From assembly GCA_041650935.1 (NCBI GenBank), contig JBAZKH010000001.1, forward strand, positions 640,911-704,910: a DNA stretch of 64,000 nt, given 5' to 3'. This DNA comes from Candidatus Omnitrophota bacterium. GTDB taxonomy: Bacteria; Omnitrophota; Gorgyraeia; 2-01-FULL-45-10. Made by a program: the position numbers and the translations under genes. Shown here piece by piece: positions 47,167-56,092 of the stretch. Position 1 is the first letter of the stretch; the number at the start of each line of letters is the position of its first letter. The notes beneath the pieces are model-generated. The model was not told the origin of the DNA. It did not search any database and saw nothing but the letters and a program-made list of their open reading frames with translations.

Positions 47167-47595
47167 TCAGTTATCGTTATTTTTGAAGGAGACCGCGAGA
47201 CTGAATGGAAGCTGTACGCCGTCCAGCGTATCAGGGAAAGACGGGAACGGAGACGCCTCCCGTATGCTTAAGACCGCGACATCGATGAGCTTCCTGTTTT
47301 TGGTCGAGCCGGCCGTATCGACATCCAGCCTGTATAACGAACCGTCGTGATTCAGGATGAAGAAGAGGTTGACGTCGCCGTTATGGTAATAGCTCCTGTA
47401 GTTACGTTTAAGTTCTTTAAGTATCTTTTCCCTGATTACGTGGTAATAATTGATATACTCCGTCGTCTCTTTCTGGTATAAAATCTGGTAGGATCGCATA
47501 TCGTCCTCCAGGCTAAAATAAGCAAAGCCCGCCTGCGAAAATAAAGCTACCAGCGCCGCGCATAAAACAAGGATCTTTTTCATCCCTTTCCTCAA
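47167..47595 (-). CDS. secreted protein with TonB C-terminal-like domain (no TM/Pro-rich region)
   Basis: Signal peptide, then VDTAGSTKNRKLIDVAVLSIREASPFPSFP resembling the TonB-C fold. Sits directly downstream of the TonB-dependent receptor. Confidence 0.55.
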   Translation of the reverse strand: MRKGMKKILVLCAALVALFSQAGFAYFSLEDDMRSYQILYQKETTEYINYYHVIREKILKELKRNYRSYYHNGDVNLFFILNHDGSLYRLDVDTAGSTKNRKLIDVAVLSIREASPFPSFPDTLDGVQLPFSLAVSFKNNDN

Positions 47596-47605
47596 AAGTT
47601 AAGTA

Positions 47606-49438
47606 TCAAAATTCCGCTTTTATTCCGCCCGACATGGAGAATAACGGCACCGGGTAGTCCCTGACAACCTGATACCGCGCATTGAACAGGTTTTCAAGCG
47701 TCACAAAATATGTAAAGCCTTCCTTGAACTTCTTAGACACGCTCAGCTTTGCATTAAAAAATTTCTTCACTTTTATATTATTCGCGGGGTCATGGAACCT
47801 ATGGTCGACAAATTGTCCGGTCAGGTCACAGATAAGCCCGTTCTTATCTTTATATTTTAACGCTATATCCACCTTACTCACCGGCTGGTAGATAAGATAT
47901 TTGTTCGTCTGGCCGTCTTTGGCCCGCAAATAAGTATACGCGGAATCCAGTTCCAGGTCGCCGGTGAGGACAACTTTACCCTGGACTTCTATGCCGTTTA
48001 TGACCGCCGAATTTATATTTGTCGGCTGCCACAGGACGGCCTGCTGGACCCAGTTGATCAGGTTTAGAAAACTCGACCTGTAATATGTTATGCCTGCCGA
48101 GAATATGTCGCTTATCCGCGTATCGTAGCCGGCCTCGACCGTCCATCCGCGTTCCGGCCGCAAGGCCGGATTGCCGCTGACCCACCCGTCGTTCGGCCAG
48201 TACAGGTCGTTAAAGGTCGGCGCCCTGAATGAGCGGCCCAGCGAAGCGCGGATCGAGTTTTCGTCATTTATCTTATAGAGCCCCGTAAAGCTGGGACTGA
48301 TCTCGGAGCCGAAGTTCGAATAGCGGTCAACCCTGGCGCCGGCGGTCAGTTTCAGGCGCTTGAAGAGCTCGATCTGATTATCCATATAAAACGCCCAGAC
48401 GTTATAGTTATGCTTCGCGCTCGTCGTGCTGTCGTTAAAATTATAAGCATAATCGATGCCCATCAGTAATTTATAGATACTATAGAATTCCTGGGCTATC
48501 TGAGCGTTTATGCCGCTGACTTTGGTCGTCTGGACATCGTTTACGAAAGGAGCCGTATTGTATATGAACTCCAGCCTGTCGTTGATCTGGTATGCTTTTA
48601 CGGAAATATCGGTAGTCGCGTCCGGGGCATAATTCCAGCCGAGGTCGTAGAAACTCCTGTATGTCTTCTGTTTCTGCACGCTCGACGGCATAGTAGTGGA
48701 ACCGGGCGCGCCTGCCCTCGATTGATAGACCCCGGAATTGAATGTCAGGGTATTGTCCGGCCTGATATCATATTCAAGCTTCGCGTTCAGGTCCTTGGAA
48801 TTAAATTCGGAATTTTCCCGGAAGCCATGGTCCTCCTGGTAGTTGCCGCTAACCATATAACCGAGCGCTTTAAACCGCCCGCCGTGCGAGAACGTCTCGC
48901 TAAATTCTTTATAGCTGCCGAAAACAGTGGTCGACTCCGTCTTCTGGCGTTCTTTCGGCGGCTCTTTTGTTATGATATTTATGGTGCCGCCCATCGCCTG
49001 AGAGCCGTAGAGGCTCGAGGACGGGCCGTATACGACCTCTATCCTGTCGATATTATCGAGCGGTATACTGCTGAGGTCTACCTGGCCGTCTCTAGGGCTG
49101 TTGAGAGGCCTGCTATCGATCATTATAAGGACCTGCGCCGGGTTCGCCCCGCGCATCCGGACGGACTTTTGCGCGCCGAGCCCGCCGTAATCGGTTATAT
49201 CCACCGAAGGCAAATTTGTCAGCACGTCGCTCAGGTCCTTGGCGCCCGACGCTTCTATGTCGGCGCGCGTTATCACCTCTATCCTCCTAGGCGAATCGCC
49301 CTGCCGCTCTTCCATCCTGGACGGAGTCACTACTATCTTTTCGAGCTTTATCTTCTCCGCAAAAGATGAAGTACCCGTGAAAAATACCACCGCAAGCCCT
49401 CCTGCCGCCATTATTACCGCTCTTCTTGACTTTAGCAT
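47606..49438 (-). CDS. TonB-dependent outer-membrane receptor (BtuB-like by context)
   Basis: 610 aa. Signal peptide, TonB box EKIVVTPSR, plug domain, and a C-terminal beta-barrel ending in an aromatic residue (...GGIKAEF). Confidence 0.85.
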   Translation of the reverse strand: MLKSRRAVIMAAGGLAVVFFTGTSSFAEKIKLEKIVVTPSRMEERQGDSPRRIEVITRADIEASGAKDLSDVLTNLPSVDITDYGGLGAQKSVRMRGANPAQVLIMIDSRPLNSPRDGQVDLSSIPLDNIDRIEVVYGPSSSLYGSQAMGGTINIITKEPPKERQKTESTTVFGSYKEFSETFSHGGRFKALGYMVSGNYQEDHGFRENSEFNSKDLNAKLEYDIRPDNTLTFNSGVYQSRAGAPGSTTMPSSVQKQKTYRSFYDLGWNYAPDATTDISVKAYQINDRLEFIYNTAPFVNDVQTTKVSGINAQIAQEFYSIYKLLMGIDYAYNFNDSTTSAKHNYNVWAFYMDNQIELFKRLKLTAGARVDRYSNFGSEISPSFTGLYKINDENSIRASLGRSFRAPTFNDLYWPNDGWVSGNPALRPERGWTVEAGYDTRISDIFSAGITYYRSSFLNLINWVQQAVLWQPTNINSAVINGIEVQGKVVLTGDLELDSAYTYLRAKDGQTNKYLIYQPVSKVDIALKYKDKNGLICDLTGQFVDHRFHDPANNIKVKKFFNAKLSVSKKFKEGFTYFVTLENLFNARYQVVRDYPVPLFSMSGGIKAEF

Positions 49439-49469
49439 CTTCTCTTTCCTCCTGTTTCGCGAGAGTACT

Positions 49470-49640
49470 CACCTTTTTAAGAGCGTGATCGACCGGGCTA
49501 TATAGTGAATAGTGTATAGTGGATAGCGAATAGTAAGTCTGGTTGACTTTTAGGCCTATGCACTCTCCGCTAGCCGCTATTCACTAAAATTACCGTTGCG
49601 CGACAGCGCCTGGGATCTCACCAGGACTTCCTTCACTTGC
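49470..49640 (-). promoter_or_regulatory. possible second (degenerate) cobalamin riboswitch aptamer preceding the receptor gene
   Basis: Minus strand: GAAGGAAGTCCTGGTGAGATCCCAGGCGCTGTCGCGCAACGGTAA resembles the Cbl core (AAGGGAAnCCGGTGAAAATCCGG...CCCGCCACTGTAA). Followed by a B12-box-like AGTCAACCAGACTTAC and alternative pairings around the AGGAGG SD. Confidence 0.4.
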
Positions 49641-49661
49641 TCCAGGTTTTTAACTTCGCTT

Positions 49662-50336
49662 TTATGCGTATTTTTTAATATCCAAAAACCAATGCTTCCA
49701 GTACCCTTCTTTTAAGACCGGTTCGGCATCCAATATCCTGACCGGCTCCTTAAATATCGGGCCGTCTACTACCAGAGTATGGAACTCCCCGTTCTCCCCG
49801 CAGGGGCAGACTCCTTTCGCTTTGAATTCAGCCGCCAGATCCATATCCAGGAACCTGCCGACATACTCCTTCCCGAGTTTATCGGCCTGACAGCTCACTA
49901 TTATGGTCTTAAAGCCAAGGGCGGTAAATTCACCGACCAGGCTCATCGGATCGCGCTGCCACAGAGGCTCGACAGGCGAGACCCCCATATCGCCGCAGAC
50001 CCTTTCGACCCAATTTACCATGTCGGCAAGATAGATGTCGCCAAAGACCACGGTTTTGAAACCTTTAGCCCTAAAACCGGATACAGCCTCCCGGAACTCT
50101 TCCTCGTATTTCTTCATATCGGCAGTCACTTCTTTCTGGACTAAAGGGATCCCGATCTTTTGAGCCTGCAGAGAAAGGAGTTCCGACTCGATGCCGTGAA
50201 AACATCCGCGCCGGGATTCCCGCGAAATAAAAGTCAGGAGATACTTAACGTCGTATCCGTCGTTCATCGCTTTGTAGCAGGCGAGACAGCTGTCCTTGCC
50301 GCCGCTCCAGGAAGATATAGCCGCTACCCTATCCAT
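49662..50336 (-). CDS. PP-loop ATP pyrophosphatase of the DUF71 / Dph6-MJ0570 family
   Basis: 224 aa. SGGKDS PP-loop at the N-terminus. Start overlaps the cobS stop by 13 nt. Confidence 0.75.
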   Translation of the reverse strand: MDRVAAISSWSGGKDSCLACYKAMNDGYDVKYLLTFISRESRRGCFHGIESELLSLQAQKIGIPLVQKEVTADMKKYEEEFREAVSGFRAKGFKTVVFGDIYLADMVNWVERVCGDMGVSPVEPLWQRDPMSLVGEFTALGFKTIIVSCQADKLGKEYVGRFLDMDLAAEFKAKGVCPCGENGEFHTLVVDGPIFKEPVRILDAEPVLKEGYWKHWFLDIKKYA

Positions 50337-51076
50337 AAAACCGTCCTTTCCAGGATCGCAATACCGAACAGGACGGCTACTTCGGTTATTTCGCTTACCG
50401 CACCGATCGTGTCTCCGGTAATGCCCCCTATTTTTCTTTTTATTAATGCTCCCGCCATGTATGCGAATAAAACCGTCATTCCTAAAAGAACCGTCCCCGC
50501 TGTCCCGGCTATCAAAAAGACCACCGCCAGCGCCGAGAGCATTGCCGCCGCCGCTATACTTTTCTTTTTTCCGTCGATAAAGGCCCTGGCCTTGCCCTCA
50601 ACCCTTGCGTATGGGAACGCATATAATGAAACAACCATCGACGACCTGCCCAGCACACACATAAGGACGAGCGCCGTCTCTTTGGCCGTGCCTATTGCCG
50701 AAATAAATGCCACTTTAAGCATCACGACTGAGATGAGCGCAAGTACGCCCATTACGCCCGCATGCGGATCGCGCATGATATTCAGCATACCTGCCCTCTC
50801 CTTTCCGCTGAAGAGCGCGTCGCAGGTATCCGATAACCCGTCGAGATGCATGCCTCCGGTCAATAGTACGAGCAGGACAACTATAATTACGCTAGATGTA
50901 AAAGTCCCGAATTGGACGGCGGTCAATAAAAGACTCGCCGCGGCCAGCACCATCCCCAGCAGCAGCCCTACGACAGGAAAAAAAGCCGCGGCGCCGGCAA
51001 GGTCCTTTCCCGTCATGCGCTTTATCCGGATGGGGATTACCGTAAGAAACTGCGCCGCCGCCAGGAGGCTCTTCAT
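50324..51076 (-). CDS. cobS: adenosylcobinamide-GDP ribazoletransferase (cobalamin synthase)
   Basis: 250-aa polytopic membrane protein; CobS family conservation at the N-terminus (AAQFLTVIP). Confidence 0.88.
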   Translation of the reverse strand: MKSLLAAAQFLTVIPIRIKRMTGKDLAGAAAFFPVVGLLLGMVLAAASLLLTAVQFGTFTSSVIIVVLLVLLTGGMHLDGLSDTCDALFSGKERAGMLNIMRDPHAGVMGVLALISVVMLKVAFISAIGTAKETALVLMCVLGRSSMVVSLYAFPYARVEGKARAFIDGKKKSIAAAAMLSALAVVFLIAGTAGTVLLGMTVLFAYMAGALIKRKIGGITGDTIGAVSEITEVAVLFGIAILERTVLWIG

Positions 51077-51080
51077 ATCG

Positions 51081-52139
51081 TCACGAAACCTTTTTAGAAA
51101 CGCTTGCGCTTTCGAATGTCGCCATCTCGGAGAGTATCTTTGCGGAGGCGTCTATAAGGCAAAGCGCGAGCGCCGAGCCCGTGCCCTCGCCCAGCCTAAG
51201 GTCGAGATCCAATACAGGTTTAAGGCCCAGCTCCGCCAGGATAAATTTATGCCCGCTCTCGACCGAACAATGGCTCGCTATCATGTAATCTTTTACCGTC
51301 GGATGCAGTTTGTACGCTACAAGCGCGGCCGCGCCCGAAATAAAACCGTCGATAACCACCGGCACCCTCCTGGCAGATGCCGCAAGTATTATGCCCGCCA
51401 GGCCGCCTATTTCAAACCCGCCAACCTTCATCAGGACATCGATAGCGTCTTCAGGGTCGGGGCGATTTACATCCAAAGCCTTCTCGACGATCCTTATCTT
51501 ACCGGCAAGCGCCTTATCATCGAGACCGGCGCCTCTGCCCGTAACTTCTTTGACGGGCCTGCCGGTAAAGAGAGCCGTTATCGCGCTTGCGGCGGTAGTG
51601 TTGCCTATCCCCATCTCGCCCGTGCAGACTATATCTATACCTTTTTTGAATTCCGACTCAAATATATCTATCCCCGACCCTATGGCCTTTAGCGCTTCCG
51701 CGCGCGTCATGGAAGGACCCTTGACCATATTCCGCGTCCCGTAATTTATCTTCCTTATAATAAGGCCCGCGCCGGCCTTGATATCCTCGGCAACCCCCAT
51801 ATCGACCACCACGACCCTGGCGCCCGCGTGCCTTGCCAGGACGTTGATAGCCGCCCCGCCCCGTAAAAAATTATAGACCATCTGGGCGGTCACCGCTTTT
51901 GGATACGGGCTCACCCCCTCGTCGGTAACGCCGTGATCGCCGGCCATCGTGAAGATGACCTTATTTGCCAGTGGAGGCGTTTCGCTCCCCGTCATCCCCG
52001 TAATGCTTTTGATCAATTCCTCCAGCCTCCCAAGACTCCCCAGCGGCTTTGTAAGATTATCGAGCCTGCTTTGCGTCTTTGCCATTACGGCGCGATCGAG
52101 CGCTCCGATCGATCTCCTGACGCGATCCAGCTTCTCCAT
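51081..52139 (-). CDS. cobT: nicotinate-nucleotide--dimethylbenzimidazole phosphoribosyltransferase
   Basis: GDHGV, the GEMGIGNTT motif, and overall CobT length. Confidence 0.9.
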   Translation of the reverse strand: MEKLDRVRRSIGALDRAVMAKTQSRLDNLTKPLGSLGRLEELIKSITGMTGSETPPLANKVIFTMAGDHGVTDEGVSPYPKAVTAQMVYNFLRGGAAINVLARHAGARVVVVDMGVAEDIKAGAGLIIRKINYGTRNMVKGPSMTRAEALKAIGSGIDIFESEFKKGIDIVCTGEMGIGNTTAASAITALFTGRPVKEVTGRGAGLDDKALAGKIRIVEKALDVNRPDPEDAIDVLMKVGGFEIGGLAGIILAASARRVPVVIDGFISGAAALVAYKLHPTVKDYMIASHCSVESGHKFILAELGLKPVLDLDLRLGEGTGSALALCLIDASAKILSEMATFESASVSKKVS

Positions 52140-52655
52140 CTACTTTATCCTCAACGGTATACCGGATATCATAAAAACCATCCGGTCCGATCTTTCCGCC
52201 GCGATCTTATTTATCCGGCCGGCGATATCCCGGAATTTCCGGCCCAATTTTGTATCCGGAACTATCCCGAGCCCAACCTCATTCGATACTATAGCGGAAC
52301 AGCCCTTTCGCTTTTTAAGGGCCGCGATCGCAGAGATCGTCTCTTTTTCAATGATCTCCGGAGACTCTTTTGCGTGCATCATATTCGATACAAAAAGAGT
52401 AAGACAGTCTATGATGATGAAGTCATGCCCGGCGGGAAGGGTCCCGGCCAGCCGCGCCAGACGCCGCGGCTCTTCGTAAGTTACCCAGTTCTTCGGCCTC
52501 TCGCTCCTGTGCCTCTTTATCCGCGCGGCCATTTCGTCATCGAGCGCTTCGCAGGTCGCGATGAAAGCCGGGTTCTTCGCTTTAGCGGCAAGCGTAAGGG
52601 CGTAGCTGCTCTTTCCGCTTCTTGCGCCGCCGACTATGAACGTTATCTTTCCCAT
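52140..52655 (-). CDS. cobU: adenosylcobinamide kinase / adenosylcobinamide-phosphate guanylyltransferase
   Basis: P-loop GGARSGKSS at the N-terminus of a 171-aa protein. Confidence 0.88.
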   Translation of the reverse strand: MGKITFIVGGARSGKSSYALTLAAKAKNPAFIATCEALDDEMAARIKRHRSERPKNWVTYEEPRRLARLAGTLPAGHDFIIIDCLTLFVSNMMHAKESPEIIEKETISAIAALKKRKGCSAIVSNEVGLGIVPDTKLGRKFRDIAGRINKIAAERSDRMVFMISGIPLRIK

Positions 52656-53250
52656 CGTTTAGATGAGCCGTATCATTTAACAATACGGCCTTAGCCTTTC
52701 CTCTTATGAATTCTATTACCGTAAGGCTCGTGTGCCCGGGAACGAAGTCCCGGCGCTTGAGCGCGCCCAGCATCTCGCCGGCAATGATATTTATCACGCC
52801 GCCATGGGTCACTATCGCGACCGCGTCATCCTCTTTGCGGCGGGTTATCTTTTTAAAGGCCTTAAGTACCCTTTTCTTGAATGCCGAAGGAGTTTCGCCG
52901 CCGGGTATCTTGACACCGAACGGGTCGGCCAGCCATTTAATATGGAGCCGCGGGTACCGGGCCATGATCTCGTCATACGTAAGCCCTTCGAAGATACCGA
53001 AGCATATCTCTTTTAAGCCGGGCTCGGACTTGAGGGGCCTGTCGCCGAATATTATCCGCGCAGAACCGATCGCCCGTTTCCTGTCGCTTGTGTAAACAGC
53101 GCCTATATCTACGTCCTTAAGGCGGCGGGCGAGTTTTTTCGCCTGCGCCCGGCCTTTCGCGTTAAGGTCCGTATCGCTATGCCCCTGGTACCTGCCGAGA
53201 CGGTTCCAGTCCGTCTCCCCGTGACGTATAAGTATTATTTTTTTAGCCAT
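52582..53250 (-). CDS. cobC: alpha-ribazole-5'-phosphate phosphatase (histidine phosphatase family)
   Basis: LIRHGETDWN catalytic RHG motif. Start set at MAKKIILIRHGE. 74-nt overlap with cobU. Confidence 0.75.
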   Translation of the reverse strand: MAKKIILIRHGETDWNRLGRYQGHSDTDLNAKGRAQAKKLARRLKDVDIGAVYTSDRKRAIGSARIIFGDRPLKSEPGLKEICFGIFEGLTYDEIMARYPRLHIKWLADPFGVKIPGGETPSAFKKRVLKAFKKITRRKEDDAVAIVTHGGVINIIAGEMLGALKRRDFVPGHTSLTVIEFIRGKAKAVLLNDTAHLNDGKDNVHSRRRKKRKEQLRPYACR

Positions 53251-53261
53251 AAATGACCCTA

Positions 53262-53580
53262 AGGATAAATAAAAATCCCCACACCTTCGCTTCACGAAAG
53301 TATGGGGCAAGTTCCCTGTTCTACTAAAACCCACACATGACGATGCTCGCACGGCATCGCACTGCTATCATATGGGCAGGTCTTCTGACTACCCCGGCCT
53401 TATCGGCTGCCTTCCCATTCCGAAAAATGCGGAAAAGTGGCATGATTCACCGACAGGCTCCTCTTAATAACGCAAGAGGCCGGGGCTACAGCGGCGGGAC
53501 CGTTTCCGTTTTGCGCAAACTTTGCCAAGCAGCGCTTGCTCGGAATTCCCTTTTAAGCCCTTTCGGGCGCCCATATAGCT
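53262..53580 (-). promoter_or_regulatory. cobalamin (AdoCbl) riboswitch with intrinsic terminator controlling cobC-cobU-cobT-cobS and downstream genes
   Basis: Minus strand contains AAAAGGGAA, CGGAAACGGTCCCGCCGCTGTAGCC (CCCGCCACTGT core), GGGAAGGC and the B12 box AGTCAGAAGACCTGCC (plus coords 53374-53390). Then a hairpin CCCCATAC...GTGTGGGG plus U-run ATTTTTATTT (plus coords 53266-53307) directly 5' of the cobC start. Confidence 0.8.
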
Positions 53581-53656
53581 TTATCTGTCAAACAGCCAGA
53601 GATAGGGAGATTTTACCCTAAAAAATTTATATGTCAAGTAATATCGTAATCATGAA

Positions 53657-55267
53657 TTACGACTTTTTGTACACCACGTTGTTTGAATAAGTAACGTTTC
53701 CTGCCGCATCCATCGCTGCTGCCCTAACCTTGTAAGATCCGGCAGATAATCCCGACACGTCCCACGTAGTAGAATAGCTGTTACCCGCGGTATTGTAGTC
53801 GCATCCGATCGCTCTCCATATCGCACCATCTTCATATTCGAAACCGACATTCTCCATCGTGGCATCCGAGATACGGGAAGAAGCCGTACACGCTACGGTC
53901 AGCTGATTACCGGATCCCGACACGGCTAGATTCCCGGGTTTTGCCGGAGCCGTTGTATCCGGGGCATAACCATCGGCCTCGAACTGCACTTCGTCTATAT
54001 AGAAATCGCCGGCAAATACCCCGTAGTCCCAATCACCCGGCCATCGGGACATCCAGCCATCCCTTGTGAATACGATCTCGCCGATCGAATTAGTCTTATT
54101 CACCGCGGTTATGGAAGTCCCCTGCCCCGCCCAGCCCTTCGTAGTGAACTCGGACAACGGCACCGTAACCTTTGTCCATGAAGTATTCGTGAAAGTATAC
54201 TTGAAAAAATGGAAATAATTATTAAGGTACGTCGGGCAGTGTAATTCCATTTTAAGACATCTCACGTTAGCCGAGCTCGACTTACACGAAAATGTTATGT
54301 TGCTGTACGCGCTGAAATTCCTGGGCTGCGGAGTCGACCCCGAATCACCGCCGCCAACAACGGAGGCGTACGCGTAATAGCGATGGTCGGCCGGAGTATC
54401 GGTATCCCAGCAATCCTGGAAATGGAAGTCTAATCCGTTTGCATAATCGACGTACTGGCTGTTTGTGTAGCTAAAACTACCGTGGACAGGACTGGTCTCG
54501 GAAGCGCCGCCGCAATTCCCCCCTAACGCGTTCTTGCTGACCTTGTCGCCAAAGTGATCGATCCTTACAAAACCCAGGAATTGTTTGCCGAAACATATAT
54601 TATCGATATAAACCGTGCTGTTTTTGGGACTACCGTTTAAAGCGGCTTGCGTATTCTCGAAAGTTATTGCGATCTCTTTGATCCGTGACCGGTCTGTAAT
54701 GTTGGCAAAAGCATCCAGCGGAATAACCACTTTCCGCCATGCCGTAGCAACTCCGCCGTCGAGATAATCCGTAACATAGACCGAGGCATTGTAATCGTTA
54801 TTATGGCCTACTGACTGTGTCGGATCGAAGTTTGTATGATGAAGCTCTATCTTAAAATATTCGCCGCCATTTAATCCCTTGACCCAGAAGGACAAATAAT
54901 TATAATCGCTTATGCTGTCGCCTCCAAGGGATGTGTAATATGTTGCCCAGCTATCCGTGTAATTAACATCATAGGTCAACTGCAGGGAGTGGCCCGCGTT
55001 GCCGTAAGCGGCGGTATCACCTACGTAACTTCCGACGATAGACGCGGTAGTGTCGCTTTTGGCAAGCGTACCGCTTATATTACCCCAGAGATTTACGCTG
55101 GAGCCGCTATTGAAATCATCGAGCATCGGCCCGGGAGTCGCAGAGACCGTCCCCTCGCTTTTAATCGCGACCGCGTCCGCCAGCGGCTGATATGCCGAGA
55201 TATGGCCATTATCCCGGATCATGATAACCGCGGCGATCGATATCAAAATAATAAGTTTTACCTTCAT
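53657..55267 (-). CDS. secreted protein with two beta-sandwich CBM-like modules and a C-terminal Fn3/Ig-like domain
   Basis: 536 aa with a signal peptide. The repeated LDDFNSG.../DHFGD... modules resemble carbohydrate-binding beta-sandwiches. 4-nt overlap with the upstream gene. Confidence 0.5.
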   Translation of the reverse strand: MKVKLIILISIAAVIMIRDNGHISAYQPLADAVAIKSEGTVSATPGPMLDDFNSGSSVNLWGNISGTLAKSDTTASIVGSYVGDTAAYGNAGHSLQLTYDVNYTDSWATYYTSLGGDSISDYNYLSFWVKGLNGGEYFKIELHHTNFDPTQSVGHNNDYNASVYVTDYLDGGVATAWRKVVIPLDAFANITDRSRIKEIAITFENTQAALNGSPKNSTVYIDNICFGKQFLGFVRIDHFGDKVSKNALGGNCGGASETSPVHGSFSYTNSQYVDYANGLDFHFQDCWDTDTPADHRYYAYASVVGGGDSGSTPQPRNFSAYSNITFSCKSSSANVRCLKMELHCPTYLNNYFHFFKYTFTNTSWTKVTVPLSEFTTKGWAGQGTSITAVNKTNSIGEIVFTRDGWMSRWPGDWDYGVFAGDFYIDEVQFEADGYAPDTTAPAKPGNLAVSGSGNQLTVACTASSRISDATMENVGFEYEDGAIWRAIGCDYNTAGNSYSTTWDVSGLSAGSYKVRAAAMDAAGNVTYSNNVVYKKS

Positions 55268-56085
55268 TTTGTAATCACTTCCCCCGAGTTATTTACTTCA
55301 AACCGTTTCCGCGATAGGGCAGTCTTTTCTTTTGTATACATTTTACCATATTTCATAATTATTTCCACCGTATACATACCCGCTTTAAGCTCAGGGACAT
55401 CCCAGGAGACCGAGTATGTATTGGTCTGGCACGGTAACATGCTTTTACCACAGGGCAGGTCCAGCTTCTTTATCTCTACTCCTTTTTCGTTCTTAATAAG
55501 CGCCTCCATAGACGCGGGTAATATGTGCACATTGCCGGAATTCGCGACCGATATCATTATATTCAAGGATTCTTTTCCGTCTTTAAGCAATTTCGAAACA
55601 GCAACATCTTTTATCTTTGCTTCCGGCGTTTCGGTTCCTTTTATAGCTACATACAGCACTGCCCCCAGCCTTGAGCGAATACCGGTTTCCGGGGTGGCGC
55701 CTGCCTCGACTACCACCGAAGAAAAATATACCTGGACAGCTACCTCACCCTTTACATTGGTCGGAGTCCTCACTTTAAGTTTGATTTTTTTTATTTCCCT
55801 GGGTTTTAGGTCAAATTCATAAGTATCCAGGGTTATCCAGGACTTTACGGGTAGATCCTTATAGCCATGCGCATACGCACCCCAATTTTCCGGCTCAACG
55901 ACTACATGCATAGTACCTTCTGTATCGTTCTGCGCATAGTAATCGATTACCGTTACTTCACCTGCAGGAAGACGCGTTTCAAGGCGCGCAGGTCCGATAA
56001 CCAGTGCGTAGGAATTGACACAGGTCAGAAAAAAACTCACTGCCAGGATACAAAAAGATATAGTATATTTACGCATCTTTACCAT
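55264..56085 (-). CDS. secreted Ig-like (PapD/MSP-fold-like?) protein, putative periplasmic partner/chaperone
   Basis: 273 aa with a signal peptide. All-beta composition. Start 7 nt after the giant gene stop. Confidence 0.4.
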   Translation of the reverse strand: MVKMRKYTISFCILAVSFFLTCVNSYALVIGPARLETRLPAGEVTVIDYYAQNDTEGTMHVVVEPENWGAYAHGYKDLPVKSWITLDTYEFDLKPREIKKIKLKVRTPTNVKGEVAVQVYFSSVVVEAGATPETGIRSRLGAVLYVAIKGTETPEAKIKDVAVSKLLKDGKESLNIMISVANSGNVHILPASMEALIKNEKGVEIKKLDLPCGKSMLPCQTNTYSVSWDVPELKAGMYTVEIIMKYGKMYTKEKTALSRKRFEVNNSGEVITK

Positions 56086-56092
56086 CCCGCCT

